NCBI GenBank assembly: GCA_951406725.2 | Contig: OX597815.1 | Coordinates: forward strand, 189,658,001 to 189,722,000 | DNA from: Octopus vulgaris | Taxonomy: Eukaryota | Reading direction: 5' to 3' | Length of the DNA stretch: 64,000 nucleotides | Part shown: positions 51,356-64,000 of the stretch, one piece after another | How positions within the stretch are numbered: position 1 is the stretch's first letter | How the letters are laid out: every line of letters begins with the position of its first letter | Translations under genes and position numbers: made by a program | The notes under the pieces: model-generated | Told to the model about the DNA's origin: nothing | What the model saw: only the letters and a program-made list of their open reading frames with translations | Databases searched by the model: none

Positions 51356-51640
51356 GTGAATTCACAAAAAAAAAATGATGAAGACAGGTGGTGTAGACAA
51401 CAAACAGATGTATTAGTTTAACTGTCAGAAAGTGAAAACGTCTTTAATGTTTCAAGCCTACACTCTTCCACAGAAAGGAACACGGAAAGAAGCAGGGAGA
51501 GAAAATAAAAAATGTGTAGTGGCTAGCGACCTATCATGGCAAATGCTAGACAGAGGGGTCAAACAGGAGAGCTAGGAAGAAGGGGAGATAATAAAGTGGT
51601 GGTGGTCCCAAAACGAAGGTGCATGTGCGTGTGTTTCATG
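51353..51640 (-). mobile_element. Family P2 copy with hammerhead-like motif at 51441-51478
   Basis: Minus: CCTTT-CTGTGGA-A-GAGT-gtag-GCTT-GAAA-CA-TT-AAAGA; abuts (AT)n. Confidence 0.6.
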
Positions 51641-52279
51641 GTAAAATTATATTTTCCCTTTCATTTCGAAATACATTACAAATCACTATTCAACTTGTAT
51701 CTCTTTACCATTTACAATTCTAATTGCATTCAGATTATTATTTCACTATTTTGAGGAAAAAATTATTAATGTGCTGATTTTTCATCATATTTAAAAAAAA
51801 GTCTTTCTGAAAGTTTTGTTTAAAAAGCAATTTTATTTCATTATTTTTATTTGCAAGTTGACAAGTGTAAGATACCTACAAGAAACAAGTTATTGTGACA
51901 AATTTGAATCATGATCTAGAGATGTACTGAAATAATTTATTTATTACGTTTACTAATTTAATTTCAACAAGTCTGAAAAACACAAAAAAAAACATCGCTG
52001 AAATATTTCCAGTTTCTTATTTGAATATATTTTATATGTTTGTATTTAAAATAGCAAATTAGAAATAAAAAGAAAAGAAATAACCCAGATATTGGAAAGT
52101 ACTATGCATATACGGAAGCAAAATGAATTTCTTGAAAATGTTCTGCTTGAAATAGGAAAAAGACACAAAACAAAAACAGTTGTAACTGTAACTCGAGCAT
52201 ACATATGACAACTAAAAATGACTTTATACAAATACATAAACACACACACAAGTACTCACGCCCATGAACATATGCATAT

Positions 52280-52413
52280 GAATGTATGTGGGTAGGTAGG
52301 TAGGTAGGTAGGTATACATATGAATGTATATATACACACATATATACATACATGTGTGTGTGTATATATATATGGTGGTTGCCTGCTCCTTGTATACGTA
52401 TATATGTATGTAA

Positions 52414-52444
<31 letters not shown>

Positions 52445-52459
52445 TATATATGTATGTAA

Positions 52460-52508
<49 letters not shown>

Positions 52509-52615
52509 ATTATATATATAATATATGTGTATGTATATAAAGGTATATATATATATATATGTGTGTATATATATATATGTATATATATATATGTATATAA
52601 ATGTATATATATATA

Positions 52616-52661
<46 letters not shown>

Positions 52662-52800
52662 GTACTTATTCATGCTTCAGTGTGTGCTTGTGTGCTTATA
52701 CATGTGTTCTTGTATAATAAATATATAATATATGTATGTATAATAAATGCTTATGCACTCATGTGTTTATACACACACACACACACACACACATATATAT
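52280..52800. repeat. (AT)/(GT)-rich microsatellite block
   Basis: Directly visible. Confidence 0.9.
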
Positions 52801-53476
52801 TCACATTTTCATATTAATTTTCCAAAAGGTGTGTGAATAATCTAAATAATAATCTAACTTTATGTCTGAATTTTTTTCTCTCCTTTAAATCATGATTCCA
52901 GAGAGACATGACTCTATTTTTAAGATGCTATCTTGAAACTTTCTACTTTATTACTTTCTTCTCAGCTACCAATAATGACAGAACTTCTCCTTCTCTTCTT
53001 ATTGAATATTGATTTCTTGCATTGGTTAAACGTTTGAGGCAAAAAGGTATACACCATTGAATAGGCCTTAGGTGACTTCTCTTTTTTTCCATTAACTCAA
53101 GAGGATTGAAAAGTAAATTCAGTTCCGTTAGGATTCCAGTCGTAATATAGAAAGATGAAGCTAAATACTAAAAGTATTCCCTAAAATGCTCTGCCATTCC
53201 TCATTATTATTGAATATTAACATATACAGTTGAAAATCTTTCGGCTGAAATTCCAATATGCTAAAGCTTCAAAACTCTGTAATATTATGGTGTGAGAGAA
53301 GAACCGCAAATAGAAATGTCTTTAAATGAAGCTTAACACTTTGAACATACAAATATGCTTTAGCAGGTGGGATTTTGATTGGGAAACCATTGAAAGATGC
53401 AAACACAGATGACTAAATGATTTGGGGTTTACAGCTGAAAATAGCAACGTTTTTGCTAATTAAGGAGCTGTAAGCA

Positions 53477-53734
53477 TGGAGGCACTTGGCTTAGTGGTTA
53501 GGGTATCAGCATCATGATCGCAAGATTGTGGTTTCGATTCCTGGATCGGGCGACGTGTTGTGTTCTTAAGCAAAACACTTCATTTCACGTTGCTCCAGTC
53601 CACTCAGCTGGCAAAAATGAGTAACTCTGCGATGGACCAGCGTCCCATCCAGCTGGAGAACATATACGCCATAGAAACCAGGAAACCGGGCCCATGAGTC
53701 TGACTAGGCTTTAAAAGGGCGCATTTATTTATTT
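53477..53734 (+). mobile_element. tRNA-headed SINE related to family E, with a different body
   Basis: A/B boxes tggcttagtgg and gtttcgattcc; TSD ttaaggagctgtaagca / ttaaggagctctgagca. Confidence 0.8.
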
Positions 53735-53974
53735 TTAAGGAGCTCTGAGCACAAACCCATATAGCTGTCTGCTTTTGCATTTTTCACTATATACTCATAT
53801 GAAATCATGCCCACAAAAATGTAATCATGGGTTTAACCCTTTAGCATTTACCAGGCCCCCAAATATTCTACATGTTTTATGTTCAAACTGACCAGATTTG
53901 ACCTCTCACGTGCAACATACAATGTCAATCTAAAAATATACTATCACATCACTGAAATCTAGAAGCAATGGGAT

Positions 53975-54190
53975 ACTCTTTTACTCTTTTACTTGTTTCA
54001 GCCATTTGACTGTGGCCATGCTGGAGCACCACCTTTAGTCAAGCAAATCGACCCCAGGAATTATTCTTTGTAAGCCTAGTCCTTATTCTATTGATCTCTT
54101 TTGCTGAACTGCTAAGTTACGAGGACGTAAACGCACCAGCATCGGTTGTCAAGCGATGTTGGGGGGGGGGGTTTGCAAACACAGACACAT

Positions 54191-54227
<37 letters not shown>

Positions 54228-54410
54228 CATACATATATACATATATACAACGGGTTTCTTTCAATTTCTGTATACCAAATCCACTCAAAAGGCTTTGGTC
54301 GGCCCAAAGCTATAGTAGAAGACACTTGCCCAAGGTGCCACGCAGTAGGACTGAACCCGGAACCATGTTGTTGGTAAGCAAGCTACTTACCACACAGCTA
54401 CTCCTATGCC
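53975..54410 (-). mobile_element. SINE family B
   Basis: Reverse-complement homology. Confidence 0.9.
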
Positions 54411-54722
54411 TATGTATAATTAATTCAAACCAATTTGAATAAATTAGCATAATTAACAGATAATAAATAATTAGATAATGCATAATTAATTCAAACCAAT
54501 TTGAATAAATTAGCATTTTGCCTAACAGAATAATGTGAATGATAAAGAGTTAAAAGATTAAAACAAAAATGTAAAAATGTTCACATGACATGTTACTGTT
54601 TTGTGTGTTGGACAATATGCATTGAAAATGCAATCAGTGGAATTGTTTCGGTGATAAGGGAAATTGAGATGTCATATGTAACATTTGACCAGCACCAAAT
54701 TTATGTAGAATTATCTTCATTA

Positions 54723-55116
54723 CTAGCAGTATCGCCCGGCGTTGCTCGGGTTTGTTTCGACCCTTTAGAATTGGAATTTTTGAAAAGTAAAAATTTTGCA
54801 TTATGTAACTTGTTATTCTCTTTAAGTGAACATTTTTCTGGTTGAAATACACCAAAAAATGGCGACACAGCAATCGAAAAATCGTAAAAAAATAGAGATT
54901 TTTCATAGAAAAAAAGCACCTTTTTGATGTAAATAACTTTTGGCGTTAGCATGGTCCAATTTGAATTTTTTCTTCTACGGAAGGAAGAGCAAGCCTTCTT
55001 CTACCATACTCTCAATTTAGGTGAACTTGTGCCTCAGGGCCTCGGAGGAGATAGTGTTAACTGAAGGCTACCAAACCTGCCACACACAGACAACTTCAGC
55101 TTTATATATATAGAGA
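54723..55116 (-). mobile_element. Non-autonomous Helitron
   Basis: a|TC start, cccgagcaacgccggg hairpin, CTAG|t end; homologous to 37093-37475. Confidence 0.8.
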
Positions 55117-56157
55117 TATATAAATAAGTTGCATTAGGAAATGTAAATAGATTATATTTTTAATCCTGTAGCATCCAGCTTACTCTGTCAAATGTAATGC
55201 TTATTTAATCATATCACTTTGAATTAACTCATTGCCTGCCATGAGCCCCATTTGGGGATCTGCTAAAAACAGTCTCACTGCCAGTTGTTTGCTGTATTTA
55301 AAGTAAATTGTTGATATACATGGCATTTGCAGAGGTGGGTTTAACAATATTTCGTAGTTAAAGTTTGTCATTATTAGCTCTGGCTAATTCTAGAGGACAT
55401 TTTGTGTCATAAATTGTAATTTTCGAACTACAAAAATATTGACTGTTTTGAAAACGTTTTTTTCCCTTTTTCACATTTCCCATGTATATCATTCATTGAT
55501 ATTTCATCTAAATTCGTATTTGATAATATAGTTTCAAAAAAGCCAAAAATGTTTATTACTGCAGTTGAATAGAAAAGGTTAAATATGCTTTTTTCAACAA
55601 TTCCCATTTGGGACTTTTCAAAAAATTTATTATAATTTCCAAAATAATTCACATATGAAGAAAATTTAAATGCTACATATTAATTTAACTCCTAAGACAC
55701 CTGGCAAAGCCAAAAAATATGAATAAAAAAATTTGGCAGTTAATGGGTTAATCATGAATTATCTCATAGCTTTGAAATTTTGATGATGTGGTTGTTTATT
55801 TTCAGTGTAACATTGTAGAATAAGTCTGAGAGTGGGATATGACCAGTTTGAATGTAAAATGGATTGAGTACTTGGGTTGAATATGGCCAGTTTATATGCT
55901 AAAGGGTCAAACTTGGGTCCCAAGCCCAATATATTCCATCTTATAGATACAAACATACAAATAATCATTCTGCAATCAATAAAATTTAAAATTTGAAATC
56001 CTTCTAGTTCAAGCATTTTCAATAAATGTGAAGCCACTGCGTATCTTGTATATGTCAATATGATTTCTTCGTTTATAGTTTCAATCTGTGGTAAAGCATT
56101 TTCTAAAAGGGGTGGGTGGGTTGAAATATGTTGCAATAACTAGGTTGTTAAAATATT

Positions 56158-56553
56158 TTTTTCTACTCTAGGCATAAGGCTCGAAATTTTGGAAGAGGGG
56201 GCCAGCCGATTAGATCAACCCCAGTATGCAACTGGTAATTAATTTATCAACCCTGAAAGGATGAAAGGCAAAGTCAACCTCGGCAGAATTTGAACTCAGA
56301 ACATAAAGACAGATGAAATACCTATTTATTTACTACCCACAAGGGGCTAAACACGGAGAGGACAAACAAGGACAGACAAATGGATTAAGTCGATTATATC
56401 GACTGCAGTGCATAACTGGTACTTAATTTATTGACCCCGATAGGATGAAAGGCAAAGTCGACCTTGGTGGAATTTGAACTCAGAACATAATGGCAGATGA
56501 AATACCACGGAGCATTTCGCCCGGCGTGCTAATGTTTCAACCACATTGCCACC
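56158..56553 (-). mobile_element. SINE family C dimer (head+tail1, core+tail2)
   Basis: Junction aaataaatag|gtatttcatct on the minus strand. Confidence 0.85.
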
Positions 56554-56691
56554 TATGGTTTGTTAAAATATTAATTAATTACTTAGTGGTTAATTTATAA
56601 TTTGATTTGTGAAGTTATTCTTTACTGTAAACATTAATCCAATGTAGAACACATTGCTATATTTTGTTTTTTAAATGGTTTCAGTCATTAA

Positions 56692-57241
56692 ACATTTCTG
56701 TCAACCAAATCAACTCACAAGGCTTTTGTAGGCCCAAGGCTGTATAGAAGACACTTGCCCAAAGTGTCGCACAGTGGGACTGAACCCAGAACCATGGAAT
56801 TGGAAAGCAAACTTCTTACCACACTGCCACACCTGCAGCTATACTCTTTACTCTTTTACTTGTTTCAGTCATTTGACTGTGGTCATGCTGGAGCACCGCC
56901 TTTAGTCAAGCAAATCGACCCCAGGACTTATTCTTTATAAGCCTAGTACTTATTCTGTCGGTCTCTTTTGTCGAACTGCTAAGTTATAGTGACATAAACA
57001 CACCAGCATCGATTGTGAAGCGATGTTGGGGGGACAAACACAAACACACATGCATATATATATCTATGTACATATGTACGATGGGATTCTTTCAGTTTCC
57101 ATCTACCAAATCCACTCACAAGGCTTTGGTCGGCCCGAGGCTATAGTAGAAGACACTTGCCCAAGTTGCCACGCAGTGGGAATGAACCTGGAACCATGTG
57201 GTTGGTAAGCAAGCTACTTACCACACAGCCACTCCTGCACC
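56692..57241 (-). mobile_element. SINE family B full copy (56843-57241) plus an older head fragment (56692-56838)
   Basis: Reverse-complement homology. Confidence 0.85.
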
Positions 57242-57829
57242 TATGTTGAATTTTGGTTTGTAAAACTTCTCCTGCAGGCACTAAAGGAATGATGAATTAA
57301 CTTAATGAGACAAAACAGTACAATTAAATTAAGAAAAACAATTTATATTATTTCATTTGAGAAGAAGAAAGAACAGCAGACACTTTGTAATTTAATCAAT
57401 AATGCAACCCCTCGGAGTATGATAGATATGTGGCTGTGAATCTTGTCCCTTACAGTTGGTCAGCTAATTCTTTTTGGATGAAATTGGTGCGTATAATGCT
57501 TAGTATGGTTTGATGAAGTTCTAGACTGCTCTAATTAGTAGTTGATTGGATATCTTAGTGCTCAACTATTACCATTTAGATTAAATACCCAACACATCAT
57601 ATGCATTAATTAGTCTGAAGCCAGAAACTCTTAATGACATCATTGCAAACTGTCCATAATCTGCAATTTAAGACAAAAACCACTATTTTAAGCGACTGTA
57701 ATGAACTTTGTACATGATATAAAAATGTCAAATGTGAGTTATCGTTTAATCTGATTTTCATTGTTCATGGCCAGATGGGATGAACACAAGATTTATAAAA
57801 GACATCACAGACTAGTGGGGGGGGGGGGG

Positions 57830-58037
57830 GGCAGCTGGCAGAATCGTTAGCGGTATTTCATTTGCCGTTATGTTCTGAGTTCAAATTCCGCCGAGGTCGA
57901 CTTTGCCTTTCATCCTTTCAGGGTCGATAAATCAAGTACCAGTTATGCAACGGGATTGAAGTAATTGACTTAATCTCTTTGTCTGTCCTTGTTTGTCCCC
58001 TCTATGTTTAGCCCCTTGTGGTCAATAAAGAAATAAG
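57830..58037 (+). mobile_element. SINE family C (tail 1)
   Basis: Core and tail homology. Confidence 0.85.
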
Positions 58038-59116
58038 ACGGGGGAGCGGGGAGATGAGCATAGTTTAAGAATATTGTAACAAATCTGAGAAACTATGCAG
58101 CTTTTAAATATGCATAAAATACACGAGGAGTAAAAATATGTGTTGAGAATGAAATGCGCATACACACGCAACACATAAATGAACTTGATGAAATTTATGT
58201 GTCTTAGTTGACAAATAGAGATAGGCTAAAGATGACCAATTAGAAAACAAATGAGCCGAGTCAACTACTGACAGGAATTTAGATAGCAACGATAGTAGTG
58301 AGTTAAGTACAAGGAATTGTGTTAACTAAAGAAATAGCTACAGACACTGATTGATAAAGCAAAGCAATTTTGTAGTATTGATAAACAGATGTTGAAACTA
58401 TTCTCAGCATATTTTCTATGATGATCAGATATTTTTGTTTGTTAATATATATATATTTATAGAAACCTATTGGCCCATTTTCTTTGTAGGAATTATTCTA
58501 GATCTGATAATATTTATATCTTAAGTTGGTTTCTTTCATATCAGATAACCCAAATATCTCAAACAATTTCTTTGTCCTGTTTATCTTGTATAATTACCAA
58601 AATCACTATTCTATCCAAGCTGTTATCTCCTATTACAAACATATCTAAATTTGCTTCTTTCTTTTAACATATATATTAATGCTAATGTCAATCAATAAAA
58701 CCATTTAAACAAGACGCTTGTAACATCATCATATATCCGATAAATCTTTTGTTAGTTTCTATGCTCAAAATAAAAGTTTAAATCCTTACCAAAAAAATGT
58801 AGGTGAACAAGTGAATTGGCAAACAGCCAAAAGAAATTCCTTTTTAGGTTTTTTTCTAAACTATAGAAAAGTGCTGATTTAAAAATTTTTATGATAAAAA
58901 AGAATTTTGGTTTTAAAAAAAATAAATTTGACTTGATATGTTCACGACCATTAAATGTTTTGCGAAGTTTATATTGCTTTGTCAATGGACAAACTAGAAT
59001 CTAGGGAGGATCTTACAGCTGAACAGTCTTTTATAATTTGTTTTTATGCATTACATAAAACAAATCCTCATCTCGCAAATACTAATTTCTTTTTAGATAT
59101 TTCATCTCCAAGCAGT

Positions 59117-59173
<57 letters not shown>

Positions 59174-59385
59174 GACATCATCAACATCAACATCATCATT
59201 ATCATCATATCATCATCATCTTCTTATGCTGGCATGGGTTGGACAGTTTGATGGGAACTAGTAAAGCTAGGAAACATATCAGGCCCCATTGTCTGTTTTA
59301 GCATGATTTCTACAGCTAGATGCCCTTCCTAATGCCAATCTCTTTACAGAGTGTATTGAGTGCTTTTTTATGTGGCACCAGCTCA
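59117..59385 (-). mobile_element. Repeat family D (diverged) with long (CAT)n
   Basis: atgctggcatgggttggac..gatgcccttcctaatgcc. Confidence 0.65.
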
Positions 59386-60960
59386 GGTATTTTTTTTACG
59401 TGGAACTACTTTTTAAATATTTTTTTAAATTTCACCTTGCATGGGTGGTTAGAGCAAAACATTTGTAATCTATTCCTGATGTTGATTATTCTAGCACCCT
59501 AATCCCTAGTCTACCCCTTGTTCTGCACTATATAATCTCACGTTATTAAGTATTCCTTGTTTTACAATCCAAAATCTCTAATTTATATTCAAATTTAAAC
59601 CTTCTATTATGATTTCAGATAACGATCCTTTCGTTAAATTCTAAACAATAATTACATAATGATGAATTTTGTTGTTTTACTTAATCCCTCTAAATTATTG
59701 ATTATTTTCAAAGTTAATTAAAACACATACATAGTGTATTTCATCAGAAATATGGTCACAAAAGGGTTAATGTGCTGATGAATGTGTTTAAATTGGGGGC
59801 ATTCTACTCGTGTATATTTATTTATTTTGTTTTGTGTGTTTCTTATCAACTTAGAGCCTAAACGATATTCATTGGGTACACTTTATTAAGTGCTCCGGTT
59901 AAACCCACTGGAGTTTTCAGTTTTCTCTCATATTCCTTCTATTATCAATTACATGTTTCAATGTGCTGAATATCTGAAGCAATTTCAAATAAAATGCTCT
60001 TTTTCTTTACACTACAGGAAGAAAACAGGCTTTAAACAGCTGAGATATTGAATAACTTGAAATGAGAATCACTTGAGAAATAATTAATCAAATAGGAACT
60101 AAATGAATTTAAGATGGAATTTTAGAAACATTGGCCCCTTAACTCGCATGTGATGAGTTTTATAACTTTTCAAAATTAGACATTAGGATGTATTTCTTCC
60201 AATGACCGTCAGCATGATTACTGGAAGAAATAAAAGAATATTGTATCAACATCTACTTTGTTTCTTCCTTGTTGGCCAGTTAAAACCTCTGAAAATTAGG
60301 TCTGGCAAATGGCCCGTTTCACTGGCAGGGATTTTCTTTAGAACATTGGTAGCAATATGAGCCGTATTAAGGAAATAAATCACTCGAAATAAGTTTACAA
60401 GCTTTTAGTTTTACTTGACATCAAAAAAAAAGGTCAACTTTGTAACAAATAAGTCAGTTTCTTTCTATGGCTAATAATGTTAAATAATTGAAAATTTATC
60501 TGAAATGGGATTTCTGTTCATTTCGTTTTATTGTAATTTTATTTTCTCAAATTGTGTTGTATTCAGTTTCTCAGCTAAAATAAATTGCATGCAGTTTATC
60601 AAAGTGAAAATCTCAATTCTCGATTCTCATCAAATTTTCGATGGAAAGCACTTGTATTTGCCTTAGTTTTAAACACTCTATTATTCAAGTCATACTGGCA
60701 TACCTTTAGTTTCATCAACATATCAATAGAACTTAATCTGTGAAGAAAATAAGATTATGCCCAAGATACTATCACCTGCCTGTTCTCTAAAAAAAAAAAA
60801 AATTTTTTTTTTTTTGAAATTTCGAAAAAATTGAAGTTTCATGTTTAAATTTGTAGCATGAAGCTGACAAACATTTCAACAGATTACAAGGATATGTCTG
60901 TTGCTTCAATCTAAAAAGATAAATTCATTTAAACAAAAACGCAGCAATTTAATTGTATTC

Positions 60961-61116
60961 ACTACAACTACTACTACTACTACTACTACCAACACCAGCA
61001 CCAGCACCACCACCACTACCATCACCACCACTACTACTACTACCACTACTACCACCACCACCACCACCACCACCACTACTACTACTACTACCACCACCAC
61101 CACCACCACCACCACC

Positions 61117-61150
<34 letters not shown>

Positions 61151-61168
61151 TTACTACTACTACTACTA
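60961..61168. repeat. (ACT)n/(ACC)n microsatellite
   Basis: Directly visible. Confidence 0.95.
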
Positions 61169-61744
61169 GTCACATCGTTGTAGTATTTTCTCAGTGACTT
61201 TTAGGTGTTGATAATGCAAACTGATTTGAATTTATTTTGATACACATTGGAGCATAAAGAAAAATGCTTTGCAATATTTGTTCTGGTTCTTTACATTGTG
61301 AGTTCAAATCCTGTCAGAGTCAACTTTGCCATCCAGCCTTTTGGGGTGGATTAAAGAAAGTATTGGTCAAGTACTGGAGTTGATGGTATTGACTCACCAC
61401 CCTCAAATCTGCTGGCATTGTGCTTGAATTAAAGGGTGGTGAGCTGTATTATTATCATCATTTTTGTTGTTGTTGTTGTTGTTCTTGTTTCCCCATTAAC
61501 ATTAAACCACAAGTTAACTAACTTCAAAATGTACTTCAGAAAACTAAATTTAATATGCAAATTTTCAACGTAAATATGAAACATTTCTACATTTAAGAGA
61601 TGAGGAATTATGCACATTATTTACATTATTTACATTATTTACATTTGACGGATAACCCCCACAAGATTCCGAGTTTGATTCCAAGCAGTGACCTGAACAA
61701 TAATGATAATAATGATGATAATCATAATAATAATAATAATAATA

Positions 61745-62032
61745 AAAGACGTAACACGAATGTGGAATCTAAAAGCAGAAACAATTCCTATCATAGTGGG
61801 CGCATTAGGTATGATAAAAAAAATATTCAGACAAATACATAACAAAAACACCAGGACTTACAAATATATATAACATACAGAAACTTGCACTACTGGGCAC
61901 TGCACACATCCTATGCAAAACACTTTCAATACAGTTACCATCAGAGCATCACAACAAATCACAGCACATACCCAAGGCACACAGAGCTGTGCTCGGTAGT
62001 GAAGTGAAAGCACGCTATATAAATAAAATTAT

Positions 62033-62035
<3 letters not shown>
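61745..62035 (+). mobile_element. 3' fragment of a second R4/Dong-type LINE in (TAA)n
   Basis: RMWNLKAETIPIIVGALGMIKK / TPGLTNIYNIQKLALLGTAHILCKTLS is homologous to the C-terminus of the 41.6 kb element, but the 3' UTR differs. Confidence 0.8.
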
Positions 62036-62077
<42 letters not shown>

Positions 62078-62130
62078 GTAACATCGAAAAAATACCTTAG
62101 GAATGAGAACCCAGGTTTGAAATTTCCCAA

Positions 62131-62176
62131 GACACCTGATGAAGTCTGGAGAGTATATCAGCAGAAATGTTGTGTT
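62131..62176 (+). ncRNA. Minimal type-I hammerhead-like motif (P1)
   Basis: GACAC-CTGATGA-A-GTCTG-gagagtatat-CAGCA-GAAA-TG-TT-GTGTT; stem II partly decayed. Confidence 0.55.
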
Positions 62177-62629
62177 AACAACAAACAAGATGAGGACAAA
62201 TATCTGTCAAATGTAAATAATGTAAATAATGTAAATATGAAGGTTGAAAAATTTCATGACTCAAGTGGCTACATTGGGCAGACAAGTATGACTCATACAC
62301 GTCAGTAGACTATGCGTTTACAACAAGATGTAATCGCAATGCATTATAAAGCAGTAAACAAATGAAATTGGATAGAAAAAACACCAGTTGACAGCACTAC
62401 ATTTGTTTTATATAGAATTCCACAAAACTGAGAATAACTATGGAAATTCTACTAATAGCAAAATACAAACCAAAACTAGCACATACATATATCACACATA
62501 AAAATTTATGTTTTATCATGAAATACCATTGAAAAATTTTGAATCCTATGTTCAGGATTTTATCAGTTACAAAATTATCCCCAAAACTTTTATGACTTAA
62601 TTCAAGATACACTAACTATATGCCTTTAT

Positions 62630-62866
62630 TCTTTACTCTTTTACTCTTTTACTTGTTTCAGTCATTTGACTGTGGCCATGCTGGAGCACTGCTTTTAGTT
62701 GAGCAAATCGAGCCCAGGACTTATTCTTTGTAAGCCTAGTACTTATTCTATCAGTCTCTTTTGTCGAACTGCTAAGTTACAGTGATGTAAACACACCAGC
62801 ATCAGTTGTCAAGCGATGTTGGGGAGACAAACACAGACACACAAACATATACATACACACACATAC

Positions 62867-62920
<54 letters not shown>

Positions 62921-63082
62921 GACAGACTTCTTTCAGTTTCCTTCTACCAAATCCACTCACAAGGCTTTGGTCAGTCCAGGGGTATAGTAGAAGACATTTG
63001 CTCAAGATGCCATGCTGTGGGACTGAACCTGGAACCATGTGGTTCGTAAACAAGCTACTTACCACAGAGCCACTCCTATGCC
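62630..63082 (-). mobile_element. SINE family B
   Basis: Reverse-complement homology. Confidence 0.9.
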
Positions 63083-63347
63083 ATTATAAAGATTTCATTT
63101 GAAAATGCAATTGTGAAAGTCTCAAAATGTCAGCCAAATGGATTTAGTAACTTTTTTTTAACTAGTTCTAGCTTGAGAGCTGCAGCCATGCTGGAGCAAT
63201 CCTTAATGAGAAGGATCAAGCTTGGTTACGTTTTCGATATAATGTGCACACACGAAAACACACATGCACACAGCTACACACAAACATGTAGATAAGAATT
63301 GGAGAAAAATAAGAAGAAAATAATACTCAATACATTTAATTAGGGTT

Positions 63348-63617
63348 ATCATCATCATTTAACGTCCATTTTCCATGCTAGCATGGGTTGGACGATTTGA
63401 CTGAGGACTGGTGAACCAGATGGCTGCACCAGACTCCAATCTGATCTGGCAGAGTTTCTACAGTGGGATGCCCTTCCTAACGCCATCCACTCTGAGAGTG
63501 TAGTGGGTGCTTTTACGTGCCACCGGCACGAGGGCCAGTCAGGTGGTACTGGCAACGGCCATGCTCAAATGGTGTTTTTTACATGCCACCTGCACAGGAG
63601 CCAGTCCAGCGGCACCA
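63348..63617 (-). mobile_element. Repeat family D
   Basis: Very similar to 4218-4510. Confidence 0.8.
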
Positions 63618-64000
63618 CATTACATAGGGTTTCTAAGGCACAGATATGAGACTACATCTTCAGACGTACAGATTCTCAATAAAGAGAATTGTAGAATAAT
63701 TTTAAAATGGTTTTAGGTTAAAATATTTGGATTTCCAATTGTCGCTTTAGGTCACATAAATACTCTGGCAAAGCTGCAAATAGCAGTTGATTCTAAATAT
63801 GGTTATAGGCAGTCTCTAAGAAGCTTCAGGTAGTTGACTGTAAGACTTGAGACTTGAGCAATATCAATTACTGAAGCACCACAAAGCAAGACGACTTGTT
63901 TGATGGTGTCTGGTTACATGTTCATTTCCATGTCAAGCACAGCTAATTGGTGTAGTTTTCGAGTAGTAATATATATACCTTGATATAGAACTCTAGGCTT

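Larger units (their letters stand above)
61584..62237 (+). mobile_element. Family P1 copy with an inverted tail fragment at its 5' end and a nested Dong fragment
   Basis: 61584-61653 is the reverse complement of the P1 tail, followed by a truncated head, (aat)n, the insert, (aat)n and the hammerhead tail. Confidence 0.75.

Noticed and set aside
54414-54516. Local duplication of ataattaattcaaaccaatttgaataaattagcat
   Set aside because: Simple short tandem duplication beside a SINE, with no further structure.

Overview
AT-rich, microsatellite-saturated animal DNA, apparently intronic or intergenic. The repeat content resembles what I recall of an octopus/coleoid cephalopod genome (inference, no database check). 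No host protein-coding gene is convincingly present; nearly all listed ORFs are microsatellite or SINE artefacts. Supported content: one tRNA-Leu(AAG); a 5'-truncated R4/Dong-type non-LTR retrotransposon (RT plus restriction-like endonuclease) in (TAA)n; several decayed Penelope-like element (PLE) relics (RT, GIY-YIG); three tRNA-headed SINE families (my labels B, C, E) plus a (GAT)n-tailed family D; and Tc1/mariner, hAT, piggyBac-like and Helitron-like non-autonomous elements. Most interesting: two repeat families (P1, P2) carry minimal type-I hammerhead-ribozyme-like folds. P1 joins a tRNA-like Pol III head, a (TAA)n tract and the hammerhead, and occurs as inverted or palindromic units. P2 has a non-canonical CUGUNGA core and sits in (AT)n. 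The tRNA-Leu looks like a retroposed pre-tRNA fused to a LINE-type 3' tail. Repeat boundaries were read by eye and are approximate.
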